DNA of 64,000 nucleotides from the human T2T-CHM13v2.0 reference genome, Homo sapiens. Of this stretch, positions 12,909 through 29,117 are shown one piece after another (the stretch's first letter is position 1; each line of letters opens with the position of its first letter). A program made the position numbers and the translations under genes. The notes beneath the pieces are model-generated. The model searched no databases, was not told the DNA's origin, and saw nothing but the letters and a program-made list of their open reading frames with translations. The DNA lies in the NCBI RefSeq assembly GCF_009914755.1, contig NC_060925.1, one strand, 5' to 3'.

Positions 12909-12924
12909 GTAGAGGAAGATGAAG

Positions 12925-14500
12925 GAATGTCTAACTCTAACTACTATTGGCCCATGAGAATAAAGGCAGAAGCTATAGATGCTCAGAGTTGGGAGGGATT
13001 ATGTAGATCATCTATCCTTGGGTATCTTTTTTTCTGCAGCAGATCTGACAAGTTCCCACACAATTCCACGGGAAAATCATCGGCTTTGGATTCTTGACCC
13101 TCTGTGGAGGGAGAGGGAGGGCAAGTGGAAGTGGAGTGAATCAGTAGAAAGGAAAACAGTGCTGCAGGACAGAGAGGAGACTCTTAGAGAAGTGCTCTCC
13201 AGGGGAAGGCAAGATGGGAGAAACGAGCTGGCCTGAGAGGGGAACAGGGATGTGCCCTCTGTAGAAACAGGAGGAAAGGCCCAGCATGTGGGCACAGGCC
13301 AGTTAAGTTGGAAGTTTTGTTACTAAGAAGATGAGGTGGTTTCTAGGTGGTTGTTTCTCTTTTTCTCAGTGAACTGCAGGTGAAGGCCATCAGCTGCAAG
13401 TGAGGAAAGGAGAGAAGATACAGGAAGTTTGAGAAGACAGAGGGTGTGAAGAGTTTTGGAAGTGGAGATACTGAGAAAGTGTTTGTCCATCAGTGGCTTG
13501 AGATTTGTGTCCATATATGTCAAAGGAATCCCATCATCATGATCAGTGGATTCTGCAAAAACATGCAGCTGCTTGGGTGCAAGCATGATAGCTGGAAAGC
13601 TGGAGCTTGGCATGTGAGGTTGTTGGACAGAGTTTGCAGGGCAGTGGTTGTAAGAAAGAATCATGACTCTAAGCTGGGTTGAGAGTGAGGTGTCTGATGA
13701 AAAAGTGGTAGCGCTAATAATAATCAAAGATCTCTATGAGATCTGCATACATATTGCACTGGAGGACCAGCAAAAGTGAGCTGGGAGTAGAGGCTGGTAT
13801 ACTTGAGGTTGCAATTTCAGTGGTGGTGCATTTAGTGTGGCTTGCAATATGGAAGGGCATGACCAAGGAAGAAGATAGCTAGGTGGGTGGGGGAAAAGGG
13901 CATCAGTATGAGCTGGCTGAAGAACAAGCAGCTGAGATATTGGATGGATAAGCCAACTGAATTTTGAAGCAACCAAGAATGGTGGCAATTGAAAGAAATG
14001 AGACGATGGTAAAGTCATTCATGAAAGGAGTGAGACAGGGTGGGCAGGAGATGGCAGCAACTCAGAGGCGCAAAGTCCGATGACATATACTTCAAAGGAA
14101 GAGGGGTTGAAGAAGGGAACGAATGGCTTAGAAGTGGCAATCGGAGGCCAGGTGCACACCTGTCCCATCTCCAGATACATGGGGAGGGTATGAGAAGAAA
14201 AAAAAAGCCAACCTGCTGTTAAGTAGCTGCAATGGAAGTTTTAGGACAAATCAGGCACTAGACGGGGTAAGCGGTGAGGGAAACATTCTGAGAAGGGATT
14301 AAGAATAGAGAAGAGGAGGCTGCTGAGAGGCTGGACAGTGTGGGGGAGATTGGTTCAGATTACCAGATGTGCAGAGCCACCATGGGGCTAAGGGTTGGGG
14401 TGATGCCAGATGACTTGGGATGGGAACTTGACCTTCTGGAGGTGACTGAGGTGAACAGGGAGGTGGGACATGGTGGGATTAGTGCTGATGATCTCATAAG
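12925..14500 (-). mobile_element. L2 internal ORF2 fossil
   Basis: ORF 13323-13727 contains SSLAADGLHLQFTEK, resembling the recalled L2 ORF2 linker SLSADDLASYFTEK; purine-rich + strand is typical of antisense L2. Confidence 0.55.
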
Positions 14501-14729
14501 AATCTGGTTTTGTAGCAGGAAGTTTAATGACATCAGTTTATTTCACTTCTCTGATTGCAACCCTTTACTAGCTTCTCATTGCTCTTTGGATCAAGTTCAG
14601 ACCCTCAGCACTATCAACAAAGTCAAGCATGGTCTGGCCCTTTCTGCCTCCCCAGCCTCACCTCTAAGTCTGCCACAGCATTGAAATGAACCCAATTGCA
14701 AGTTTTTGTTGCTCGCTTGGTATTTCAGG

Positions 14730-14955
14730 CAATACAGCATAGTGGTTAAGCACAGTGATTCTGGTTCCAAACAATCTGGGTTTGAAACCTGGCTTTATCA
14801 CTTTCTCACTATATGACCTGGGGCAAGGTATCTGATTACTCTGAATCTGAGTTTTTTCATTTGCAAGATGGGGTAAATAATAGGACCTACATTAGAGAGT
14901 GGTATACTTGCAAAAGCACTTAGATCTGCCTATCTGTCATGTGGGTTAGTTGTAA
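14730..14955 (+). mobile_element. MIR, near full length, inside an L2
   Basis: acagcatagtggttaagcacag...tgggtttgaaacctggct...tgacctggggcaag...aagatggggtaaataatagg. Confidence 0.8.
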
Positions 14956-16000
14956 TAGTCATTCCTTTCACAGGCCATCCTCTTAGCAGGGAATACTCAT
15001 GCCATTTTTGCAGCCCCCACTCCACTCCTCCCTCTACCCACCTACTCAAGGGTCACCTGAGACATCCCTTCCTGCAGAGTTTTCCTTGGCCTCCTAGAGG
15101 GGTCTCAGGCTCCACCACTGCACTCCTGTAGCTGCCTGTTCCCCCATAATACCACTGTGCCCTTGTTGGATGCAACCTTCCAGCTTATTCACCACACTTC
15201 TCAGGGCCTACCATTCTTCCCAGCACACAGTAGGTATTCGTAAATACTTGTCAAAATGTTATCAGATCTGCTACAGAAAAGATACCCAAGAATAGACAAC
15301 CTTCACAATCCCTCTCAACTCAGAGACTCTATAGTTTGTCAAATGATAGAATAAATGGATGACTCCTCCAGAGAGAGAGAGACAGTGGGTCCCAGGCTGA
15401 GGGGGTGTGGGGCTCTGCAGACATTTGTGGAGCACAAGCAATGTCATCTCAGTCCAGATCGGCCTCAGCACACAGTAGGCCAGCCCTCTATTTACACACA
15501 GAGCTTGTTTCCTTAGGGAAACTTCCACAGCTTCTATTGCTCTTTTTTTAAAAAAATGAATGTTAATTTGGGAATAAAAAAATTCTACCCTGAAAAAAAT
15601 CTGCAAATCATTGGTCTACCACATGCTCTCTGAACTCTCTTCCAGCTCAAAAAGCTGTAGTCAACTCAGCAAACACTCAACCTTTGCATATGAGGACCCT
15701 GAGGGATAGAATTTATTCCTTTAGGATTTATTGATTCAGATATTGACAAAAGTTTCTATGAAGTCAGTAGCACAAGCCAAATGAATTTTATTCATCTGTA
15801 AGCATACAAAACATGGTGTATGCATATTGCATATGAAAAACATATTTTTTCAGCCCATGGGCAATTCTTGGTGTGCATGTGGACTCAGGGCCTGCCTGCC
15901 ATACTGAGAACACCAAGGGCAATGTTCCCTGGTTTGGAAACCTGGAACCAGGCCTATCCCTAGTTTCTAAAAACTGAAGCTCTCTGTTTTCCAAGGGGGT

Positions 16001-16354
16001 TGTATTAGTCTGTTCCCATGCTGCTAATAAAGACATACCTGAGACTGGGTAATTTATAAAGTAAAGAGGTTTAAAGGGCTCACAGTTCCACATGGCTGAG
16101 GAGCCCTCACAATCATGGCGGAAGGCAAAGGAGAAGCAAAGACACATCTTACATGGTGGCAGGCAAGAGAGCTTGTGTGGGGAAACTCCCATTGATAAAA
16201 CCATCAGATCTCACGAGACTTACTATCATGAGAAGAGTATGGGAAAAACCACCCCCATGATTCAATTTTCTCCACCTAGCCCTGCCCTTGACATGTGGGG
16301 ATTATTACAATTCAAGGTGAGATTTGGGTGGGGACACAGAGCCAAACCATATCA
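16001..16354 (-). mobile_element. THE1 (THE1B/C) MaLR solo LTR
   Basis: tgtattagtctgttcccatgctgctaataaagacatacctgagactggg...gggacacagagccaaaccatatca; about 354 bp, typical THE1 length. Confidence 0.93.
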
Positions 16355-17665
16355 AGGGGGAATAAAGGCCCATGGCTAATTCCAGAGGCCTGACCGTGAG
16401 AGAATGATGGCTGCCTCTCAAATTTTGGCTCAGATTGAACAACTCACCCTGACCTCTGACGCTGCAGGGTTGCTGCCCAACACCCTTGCAGTGGCTTGTT
16501 TCAACAGACATGGAAGGGACCAGAACCACTGCAGCCTGACTGCAGACAGGCACTGTCTGAGCTAGGATCAGCTTTCTGTTATGGCAGAGGGAGAGCTTGA
16601 AGAGAAAGCATAAATTAAGAAGCAGCCTCTGGGGTAAAAAATTTAGCAGTCTCTTACTGACAGGCCTAAACCAATCTGCTGGTTTAACAACTGTCAGCTT
16701 CTCTTGATAGATATCAGTAGCCTCCAGTGATCAGAGGTAGATGGGGTGAGGTGGGGCCATCCATCCAGTCCTGTTAACCTTGCTACCTGGAGGTATGTTG
16801 TTATGAAGTCAGGTCTTAGACCAAATTCTGCCAATTTTGTATTTATTGGCAAGTTAGGCACAAAACCCACAATCATTTCTTTTAAGTGTGGGAAGAAGGG
16901 ACTCCCACAGGCACCCTGCATGAAATATTCACTCCAAGAGAGACCAAACGACCAGGTACCCAGGTCAACATTCAAGTCCTGCGGGAAGAGGGAAGCATGG
17001 AACTCAGGGGGCTTAGGACCTTGAGGGTACAACTATGATGAATTTTTTTAATGTTCATACCCTGTTTTGCAAAGAAGCTGAGCTGCGAAGTTTTTCTAGC
17101 TAAGCTACCTTCAGCACTGCTCTTTCTCCAGCAACGAATACTTATTTTTTACATTCCTGATGCTAATTAATAAACTCCTAGTGTAGATTTTTATATCTGA
17201 AAAGCTTCAAGCAGTCTCCTCTAGAGTGTGGATTTCTGAATAGGGTACTTTGAATATCACCTAACTACCTTGAGATTGTATATTAAAGTTACTATACACA
17301 TTCATATTATACTTTTTTGAAATGCATATTTTTAAACAAATTGTCACACAGGCAAAATGATTAGAAACACAAAGATGAAAGGGACCTGAGAAACTCTCTA
17401 GTCCAGCTGGGTTTTTTCATTCATTTATTCATCCATTCATACAACAGTTTTGGAATACCTATATTACGCCAGGCACTGTTGCAGGTACTGGGATTAGAGT
17501 GGTGAACAGGAAATAAATTCCCTGCCATTCTGGAGTTTCTATTCTAGTGGAAAAGGCTGATGATAAATAAAGAAAATATAAATATATTATTTAATGCCTG
17601 GTAGTGATAGTTTCTATGAAGAAAAAGCAATGTCAGGGCTAACATAGCTCTGTTGAATAGAAATA

Positions 17666-19154
<1,489 letters not shown>

Positions 19155-19844
19155 TATAATGAAAGCCACTTATGTTAATTTCAAATTTCCTAGCAGCTGT
19201 ATTTAAAAGAGTACAGAGAAAGAGGTGAAATTAATTTTATTGATGTACTTTATTTAACCTAATACAGCATATCCAAAATATTATCATTTCAACATGTAGT
19301 AAATATAAAAATTATTAATGAGATATTTTACATTTTTTTTTTCAAACAAAGTCTTTGAAATCAGTGTGTGCTTTATACTTACAGCACATCTCCATTTGGA
19401 CTAACCACATTTCGAGTGCTCAGTAGGCACAAGTGGTTAGTGGCTACTATGTTGGATAATAGAGGGCTAGTGAGTGAAAAGACAGTGGTCATATTTTAGA
19501 TAGGATGATCAAAGACTGTGTCTCAGAGGAAGGTGACATTTGAATGCAGGTCTGAACAAAGTAAAGGAGCAAGCTGTTTGGGTATCTGGAGAAGAGAGAC
19601 TACAAAGAACAAAGGCTGAGCAGTGTGAATAAATTTGGCATGACAGACAAATAGCAAGGTGTCTATTTGTGGCCTCAACTAGTTATCCCTTTTGCCCTTC
19701 TCCTTTCCTTACCTTCTCCTTGGAATGCAGATGCAGAGTCTGGAGGTGCAACAGCCATCTTTCAACCCTGAGGACAAGCAGACGCTCTGGAGTTAGACTG
19801 TCCCCATCCAATCCCAGGTCTGCTTTTGCTAGCTATTTCATTGC

Positions 19845-20130
19845 CTCTCAAACTATCAGTGGCAAAGAAGCGGTTGTTTTCTCCCAATCCACTGCAGACC
19901 AATAATTTTGTAAAATAAAATAAAGCAAATTACTTAAAAAGAATGAAGTTTTAAAAAGAAATGAACATATGAAATACAACGCCAACTTAAAAAAAAGTTT
20001 ATTCAACTTACTTAATAAAATTACTCTATCAAATTGCTACAAATCACTTATACTAAATTTCTGTACTCATTTTTTAGCAGACCACTGACAAGCAGTTATG
20101 TCCAAGGTCAAAACTTTCAGGAGCACTGAG
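19845..20130. mobile_element. hAT-Charlie family DNA transposon fossil
   Basis: Charlie-like termini ctcaaactatcagtgg... and ...aactttcaggagcactg around an AT-rich core. Confidence 0.45.
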
Positions 20131-20499
20131 TTAGTTATATTACTGTAGGTTAGTTTTTTAATCCATCTAAGCCTCAGCATCCTAATTTGAGCAATGGGAA
20201 TTAGTATCTCTTTCAGAAGCTTTTTTTTTTTGTTATAGATTAAATATACAAACCCCTGTGAAAGCTAGCCCAGCGATGTCATTAAATGTTAGCTATTACT
20301 AGTTATCACATGCTTGTCTCCCCAGTTGGCTGCAAGCCCCATAAGGACAAGGACAACTTTATAAACTCAATACTCTGTGGTGCCTGCACAGTAGATATGC
20401 AATAAATTATGGTGGAATTATTGAAAAATACTTTGAAATCCTTAGGTAAAGACCTTTGAAAATAACTTCTACAATTTTCATGTATTCATTCATTCATTT

Positions 20500-20690
20500 C
20501 CAATGTAGCATAATGAAAGGATAACAATATTGGGCAAGCTCTAATTTCAAATCTGGTTTCTTCAACTCACTATTGGGCAAACCACTTTACCTCTTTGAAC
20601 TTCAGTTTTCACGTCTCAAAAATAAATAATATTCATTCTATTAGGCTGTTGTGAGGACTAAATGAGATAATATATGCAAAATACCAGAGT
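20500..20690 (+). mobile_element. MIR
   Basis: ttgggcaaaccactttacctctttgaacttcagttttc...gttgtgaggactaaatgagataatatatgcaaa. Confidence 0.75.
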
Positions 20691-21321
20691 GTCCTTAAAT
20701 GGAAGCTATTGTTCCTGCTCTGCAGAGAGGGCCTGTTAGTGCAGATAGCTGTGCTGAGTGCTGACCAGGACAGAGCCTGGCATTTCTGGCTTGGTGAGCA
20801 TTCCTGAACCTTTTATTGGCAGCACTGGAAGATTCCAGCAGCTGGGAGCAAACTAGCACCAGTGTCCAGCAGAGACATAAATTGGGGCCCCACCCCATCG
20901 GGCCCTGTTCAGGCCCTGCCCTTCCTAGAGGTTAGTTTTAAACACTCCCTTTGACTGTGGGTGGTGAGAGGTGTCTGCTTTGAAGTCAGCAGTTGTACCC
21001 AAAGTCCTTTCTGCTTAAGAAAAAAAACAAAACCCAAACCTATCCCCAACATGGCCTGACACTCTAAATAAAAGTCTGACAGTGCTCACCGCTTCTTTAG
21101 GGCCAGAGGTATAGAAACCCTCTCTAAAAATGCAAGGTCCTGAGGGAGAGCCTAAGGTACTCGGGCCACAACCCCTTAATTAATACAGTGTATGTGCCAA
21201 ACTCTATCTCATTTGAGCCTTACAACACTGCTTGGAGGTAGACTAATGTATGTATCTTTTCATTAGTTTATTTTTTAAAATGTGTTAAAAGGCACACAGC
21301 ATAAAATTTATCATTTAACCC

Positions 21322-21600
<279 letters not shown>

Positions 21601-22005
21601 TAACCATTTTTTAGTGCTTTGTGAACTGTGCATTCACTGTTGTCATCCATCCATCTCCAGAACTCTTTGTAGTTTACAAAACAAACTCTATACCTGTTAA
21701 ACAACAATTCCCCATTCTCCTCTTCCCCTAGCCCCTGACAACTACCATTCTTCTTTCTGTCTCTATGAATTTGACTGCTCTAGGTACCTCGTATAAGTGG
21801 AATCATGCAGTAATTGCGCTTCGACTTATTTCACTTAGCTTAATGTCTTCAGTATTCACCCATGTTGTAGCATGTATCAGAATTTCCTTTTTTTTTTTTT
21901 TAAAGCTGAATACTGTTCCATTGTGTGTATATATCACATTTCGTGTATCCATTCATTCATTGATACATACCTGGGTTGCTTCCACATTTTGGCTATTGTA
22001 AATAA

Positions 22006-22413
<408 letters not shown>

Positions 22414-22864
22414 CAGTAATTATTTTCTAAAGTTTTTGAAGAACCACCATACTGTTTTCCATAGTGGCTGCACCATTTGTATTCCCACCAACAGTGCACA
22501 GGGATTCCAATTTCTCTACATCCTTGCTGACACTTGTTATTTCCTGTTTTGTTTTTTGATATAGCCATACTAGTGGATGTGAGGTGATATCTCGTGGTGG
22601 TTCTGACTTTATGGTTTATTCATTTTTAATCACCATTTTGTATAAGGTAAAACCGAGACTTAGAAATATGAGATAACCTAGCCAAGATCACTAGCTTAAT
22701 CTGCAGAGAGACCAGCCTGCACTCTACTCTGTTCCTGGGGCAGTTCTAGATCCGAGCTGCTAAAGCCCATGAGCCTAGAATGTGGCCCTTGCTGTACCCA
22801 ACCAACCTCTCTCCCATGTCTCCTGCCAGCCCACCCTCCACCTATCCCATTCTACAAACATCTG

Positions 22865-23120
22865 TGGAGGCAGTGGGAAGGAATGGGTGAGCCCGAGGAC
22901 TCTGGAGCCTGACCATGTGCTCCGAGCAAGCATGGCTCTGGGACTCACACTGACTATAGAATCAAGTCAAGTCAAGTCAAGTCACAAACCTTGCTATGCC
23001 TCACATTCCTCATCTGCAAAAAGTGCTTGATAAGAGCACCCACCTCGTAGGGCAGCTGTGAGGAGAGATGAAACATAAGAGAACCCTTATCACAGTCACC
23101 TGCAGAGCTTTAGAAAATGC
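22865..23120 (+). mobile_element. MIR with an internal (AAGTC)n expansion
   Basis: ggactctggagcctgacc...caagtcaagtcaagtcaagtcac...gcctcacattcctcatctgcaaaa. Confidence 0.7.
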
Positions 23121-23611
23121 TGCCTGTCATGAGCCCCAGCATAGAAGGTGACACTAGGCCTGGGAGATTCAACCAGGAACCCAGCATAGAGTCAGCATCC
23201 CTGTCCTCCTGCAGCTCCCAGCGCAGTGTGGGAGACAGAACTTCACTGAATATTTACAACAATCTGTGCTCAGCGGCAGTGGTGAGAAGTGCTGAGAAGG
23301 ACTGGTCTTTCTCACAGTCTCCGGGAACAGGACAGGTTCTGCCCCTGTTTTCATTCCTGCCAGCCTTCCATTTACATAACAGGTAGAACAGCAACTCTGG
23401 GTCCTACAGCATGGAACTGAAGGGAAAAGGTGAAAAGATTTGCTCTGCTATTTGCATTTTAAAATTCTAAACTCCTTGTTGGCTAATTTGGAGTGTTCTA
23501 AACTAATAATCATCTTTATTTATTAAAGTAGAATTAATTGACACTTTCTTTTAGACAAACACAACTGTAAGCAGTTTTTAAAATTATTTTCATTAAAAAA
23601 AAATACTTGAG

Positions 23612-25640
23612 TGGGAAGTCCTAGCCAGAGCAATCAGGCAACAGTAAGAAAGAAAGTGCATCCAAACTGGAAAAGAGGAAGTCAAATTGTCTCTGCCAAT
23701 GATATGGTCTTATACCTCGAAAACCCTGAAGACTCTTGAAAAAGACTCCTTGATTTGATAAATGCATTAAGTAGGGTCTCAGGTTACAAAATCAATGTAC
23801 ATAAATTGGTAGCACTGCTATACACCAATAACGACCAAGGTGAGAATCAAATCAAGAACTCAATCCCATTTACAATAGCTGCAAAAAACAAACAAAAAAA
23901 CAACTTTAGGAATATACTTAACCAAGGAAGTGAAAGATCTCTACAAGGAGAATTACAAACCGCTAATGAAAGAAATCATAGATGACACAAACGAATTGAG
24001 AAAATCCCATGCTAATGGATTGGAAGAATAAATATCATGAAAATGACCATACTGCCCAAAGTGATCTTCAGATTCAATACAATTCTTAACAAAATACCAA
24101 CATAATTTTTCACAGAATTAGAAATCATAATCCTAAAATTCATATGGAACCAAAAAGAGCCAAAATAACCAAAGCAACCCTAAGCAAAACAAACAAACAA
24201 ACAAACAAAAAACAAATCTGGAGGCATCACACTACCAGATTTCAAATTCTACTACAAGGCTATAGTAATCAAAACAGCATGGTACTGGTATAAAAGAAGA
24301 CACATAGAGAACAGAATAGAGAACCCAGAAATAAAGCCAAATACCTACAGCCAACTGATCTTCAACAAAGCAGACAAAAGCATACCCTGGAAAAAGGAGA
24401 CTCTATCCAACAAGGGGTGCTGGGAAAATTGGATAGCCACACACAGAAGAAAGAAACTAGATCCCTATCTCTTGCCATATACAAAAATTAACTCAAAGTG
24501 GATTAAAGACTTAAATGAAAGACCTGAAACCATAAAAATTCTAGAAGGAGAAAACCTGGGAAAAACCCTTCTGGACATTGGCCTAGGCAAAGAATTTATG
24601 ACTAAGACCCCAAAAGCAAATGCAATAAAACAAAAAATAAATAAATGGGACTTAATTAAAATAAAAAGCTTCAGCACAGCAAAAGAAATAATCAACAGAG
24701 TGAATAGACAACCTACAGAATGGGAGAAAATATTTACAAACTATACATCTGAAAAAGGACTAATATTCAGAATCTCTAAGGAACTCAAATCAGCAAGAAA
24801 AAAAATGAAGAATCCCGTTAAAAAGTGGGCAAACAACATGAACAGATATTTTTCAAAAGAAGATATACAAATGGCCAACATCACTAATTATCAGGGAAAT
24901 GCAAATTAAAATCACCACGAGATACCACTTTACCCCATTTAGAATGGCCATTATCAAAAATTAAAAAAAAATAGATGGTGAGGATGTGGTGTAAAGAGAA
25001 TGCTTATACACTGTTGGTGGGAATGTAAATGTATACAATCTCTATGGAAAAAAGTATAGAGATTTTTCAAAGAACTAAAAGTAGATCTACCATTTGTTTC
25101 AGCAATCCCATTACTGGGTATCTACCCAAACGAAAAGAAGTCATTGTATAAAAATGACACCTGCACTGGTATGTTTATTACAGCACAATTCACAATTGCA
25201 AAGATATAGGATCAATCTAAGTGCCTATAAACCAATGGATAAAGAAAATCTGGTATATCTACCATGGGATACTACTCAGCCATAAAAAGAATGAAATAAT
25301 GTCTTTTGCAGCGGCTTGGATGGAACCGAAGGCCATTATCCTAATCAAAATAACTCAGGAAGGGAAAACCAAGTACCGCATGTTCTCATTTATAAGTAGG
25401 AGCTAAGGCATGGGTATACAAAGGCATACAGAGCGTTATGATGGACATTGGAGACTCAGAAATGGGGAGGGTGGTGGGGGGGTGAGAGATTTAAAAAAAA
25501 TCACCTATTTGGTACAATATACACTCTTTAGGTGACAGGTATACTGAAACCAAGACTTCACCACTTTACAATTCCTCCATGTAACCAAAAACCACTTGCA
25601 CCCCTAAGACTATCGAAATAAAAATAAATAAAAAATTAAA
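23612..25640 (+). mobile_element. 5'-truncated L1PB-type element (decayed 3' part of ORF2 plus 3'UTR)
   Basis: ORFs [12 protein letters not shown] and [14 protein letters not shown]...EWEKIF match the L1 ORF2 RT/C-terminal region; 3' end catgtaaccaaaaaccacttgcacccc...gaaataaaaataaa; multiple stops and frameshifts. Confidence 0.92.
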
Positions 25641-25909
25641 ATACTAAAAAAGTGCTCAAGTGATGCCTTTTAAGAGTACAAACAAGGCATTGAGGGGAGG
25701 ATTTGAGGGTTTATGGAGATTATCGTCTGAATACACATCAGCTCTGTGAGGGCAGAATTGTGTCTGCGTGGCTCAACATTTTACACACAGGGTATATATA
25801 ATAATATGGGCATAATAAATAATACAATAAATAATTGCTGAATGAAGGGTCTCAGCCAACCAATATTTCTCACACCTATTATATACCAAGCAGTACCATT
25901 ATTGACTGA

Positions 25910-26120
25910 CATTATAAAAGCATCCACTTATTTGGGTACCGTGTGTTCAGCACAAACAAATCTAAGCCGTACAACTCCATGAGGTAGGAAGTATTATCCC
26001 CACAAGCGCTAATAAAGAACTTGAGTTTCGAGGATATTATTAAGTGTTTGGCCTCAGTTCGCATAACCAGCAAGTGGCAGAGTCAGCATTAGAACCTATG
26101 TCTCTTTCATGCCATCACCG
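25910..26120 (-). mobile_element. MIR
   Basis: atgaggtaggaagtattatcccc...agcaagtggcagagtcagcattagaacctatgtct. Confidence 0.65.
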
Positions 26121-27474
26121 AACTTGCTGGACTTCTCAACTCTGCTTGCTTCCTTGTGTATCATTAACCCCTATTCATGCAGATCAGCCTGTGCTGAGGA
26201 AAAAGGAATGAGCATTGTACCTTTTTCTTCTCTCAATCAGTTTAGAGAGGTGCACACATTTTTTTTTTTCCTCCACTCATAAAGAATCTCAGAATTCTAG
26301 GGCTGGAAGAAAATGTGGAAGATTCCTCTCTTGGTGCTGAAGGCTTGAGTGGAATTTGCAGAAGCCCATTCCGGGAGCTCTAACTAGCTCTTTGGTAAGT
26401 GCAAGGGGCAGAGTCTGCCCTTGCCTGCCTGTCTGTCTGTCTGCCCGCCTGCCTGCCTGCCTGCGGTCATTGCTGGCCTTGCTAATTAGATCCCCTTTCA
26501 TCTAAGGAGCTTCAAGATCCTTTCTCCACTTAACTTGTTAATCTTCGCCCCATCCCTCTGATACGGATGACAAGCTTAATTAGTCCTAGACAGAGACAAC
26601 ACAGAGCCAGGAGACAGCGGCAGAGCCAAAAGAAAAACACTGGATAGTTTATTCCTCCTTCTCTCCTGGCTCATTGTCTCTCTTGCTGAAAAACATGTTT
26701 TCAGCTTTGTTTTGAATTGGCTTCTGCCCTGTGTTTTGGTAGCCCAATTCTAAAAATCAAGCCTGGTCAATTTGACTCTTAATGCACACATTTGGGCGTG
26801 CAAAAATATCGCATTGCTTTCTTTTTAGCTTTAAGTTCAGCTCAATCCAACATAAGCCCTCTATCTCTCTGGGCTGATGGGAGATTCGGTCTCAGCTGTC
26901 ATTGATGCTAACTGCATCTCTAGAAGCAGTATCAGTTCTAGGGCCCATAAGCAGAGAAAAACTTCTTAGTGGTCGCTGCAGGCGTGGATCCCCGCTGGCA
27001 GTAGCTAAAATGTGCATCATGTATGCTTTGAGGTCCCAGTGCTCTATTGCATGAGAAGGTGAGTGTAGTCAGCCATGCTAGGTGTGCAATGGCCACTCTA
27101 TGTGGCACTGCCAGGAAAGGACGCTTCAGTGCCCTGGTGGCCCCTCAGATCACTATCACCTCTGTGCCTCAGAGAAACTGCCTCTGCCACTTAAGTCTCT
27201 CTCCCCCACTCCAGGACACACTGCACTGTCTTCTTAATGAATTTTGGCTCTTACAAGAGCCAGGAAGAGAAATTGTCTCTCAGCAGCTTTGGTTCAGCAC
27301 ATGCCCCTGAGGCAGAGGAAACTGGAGGGGCCCAGCAATCCTCTTGAGATGTATGTAGAGAGAGGAGGGCAAAACCCCAGATCTGTCTTTTTTATTCTAC
27401 GGCAGAGAAAACAGAACAAAACATCCCCTGAATTTTCCTACCATCAAAGCAGTGTCCCCAAAGAGGAAGCAAGT

Positions 27475-28100
<626 letters not shown>

Positions 28101-28169
28101 AGGGTTAACTGTATTTAAAAAAAATCCCAGTCCACTCTCTTTGCCCTCTGTAAACTGCAGCCACCTCCT

Positions 28170-28390
28170 TTTAGGCTTTGGAGTCTACAGACCAGATTCA
28201 AGTTTCTGCTTCAACGTTTCCTAGATGTCTGGCTTTAGGCAAGCTATTTAATATCTTCGGGCTATAGTGTCTCCATCCATAAAATGGTGCTAACAATAGG
28301 GTCTATCTTGGAAGGTGTTGAGACAGTATTGCTGAAACACTGAGTACAGTGACTGAAACACAGTAAGTGCTGCATAAGGAAAGCTATCTC
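28170..28390 (+). mobile_element. MIR
   Basis: ggctttggagtctacagacc...taggcaagctatttaat...ccataaaatggtgctaacaatag. Confidence 0.7.
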
Positions 28391-28711
28391 CCACCCACTC
28401 CAGCCCTGATTAAATCTAACTCTGCCTCGAAGGCTGAGCACAGAGGCCCCTTTTCCTAGGAAGCCCTCCCTGAAGTTTCAAGCTTGGGTTGGGGGCATCA
28501 GCTTGCTATTTTCCCAATCATAACACTTAACACACTGGATTGTGAAGGTCAGCTTAATTGTCCCTGTTCCTCATGAAAATATCCATGAGGCAGGTCACCA
28601 GTCTCATTTGTCTTCCTCACAGTTGACCGTCAGAGGTGGGCAGGTGGGTTATTACAGAAAAGACAAGAAAGCAGAGCTGGATGGATGTAGGAAAGTGAGA
28701 ATACTTTAAGG

Positions 28712-28918
28712 CAGGGTCTCAGCCTATGCACTATTGACATTTGGGCCAGATAATTCTGTTGTAGGAGTTGCCCTGCGCATTGTAGGGGGGTTAGCAGCAT
28801 CCACGCCTCTACCTACTAGATGCCAGTGGCACCTGCCCCCCAGCTATGACAACCAAAAATATCTCGACACTGCCAAATGTTCCCTTGGGGACAAAATTGT
28901 CCACATTGAGAACCACCG
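28712..28918. mobile_element. MER20 hAT MITE
   Basis: gcactattgacatttgggccagataattct...ctagatgccagtggcacc...tgacaaccaaaaatatctc...ttgagaaccaccg. Confidence 0.9.
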
Positions 28919-28944
28919 GCTCAGAATGACTCTAAGGCTTAAGT

Positions 28945-29117
28945 CAGTGGTTCTCAAATCAGCGTACATTGGAGTCTCCTGCATTGGAGTCTGAGAAACA
29001 CAAATTGCTGGGCCTCATCCCCAGAATTTCTGGCTCAGTGTGTCTGGGGTGGGGCCTGAGAACTTGCATTTCTAACGAGTTCCTGGGTGCTGGTTGGGTG
29101 CCAGTTGGGAACCACTG
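28945..29117. mobile_element. MER5A hAT MITE
   Basis: TIRs cagtggttctcaa / ttgggaaccactg; gtctggggtggggcctgagaacttgcatttctaac. Confidence 0.88.

Noticed and set aside
12571-12922. Alu-derived ORFs (also at 22060, 35134, 37047, 42526, 45426, 62538)
   Set aside because: These are standard Alu reading-frame artefacts.
13323-13727. 134-aa ORF
   Set aside because: Best explained as decayed L2 ORF2; it has no splice or coding context.
24472-24909. 145-aa ORF
   Set aside because: It is a fragment of L1 ORF2 in a truncated, frameshifted element, not a host gene.
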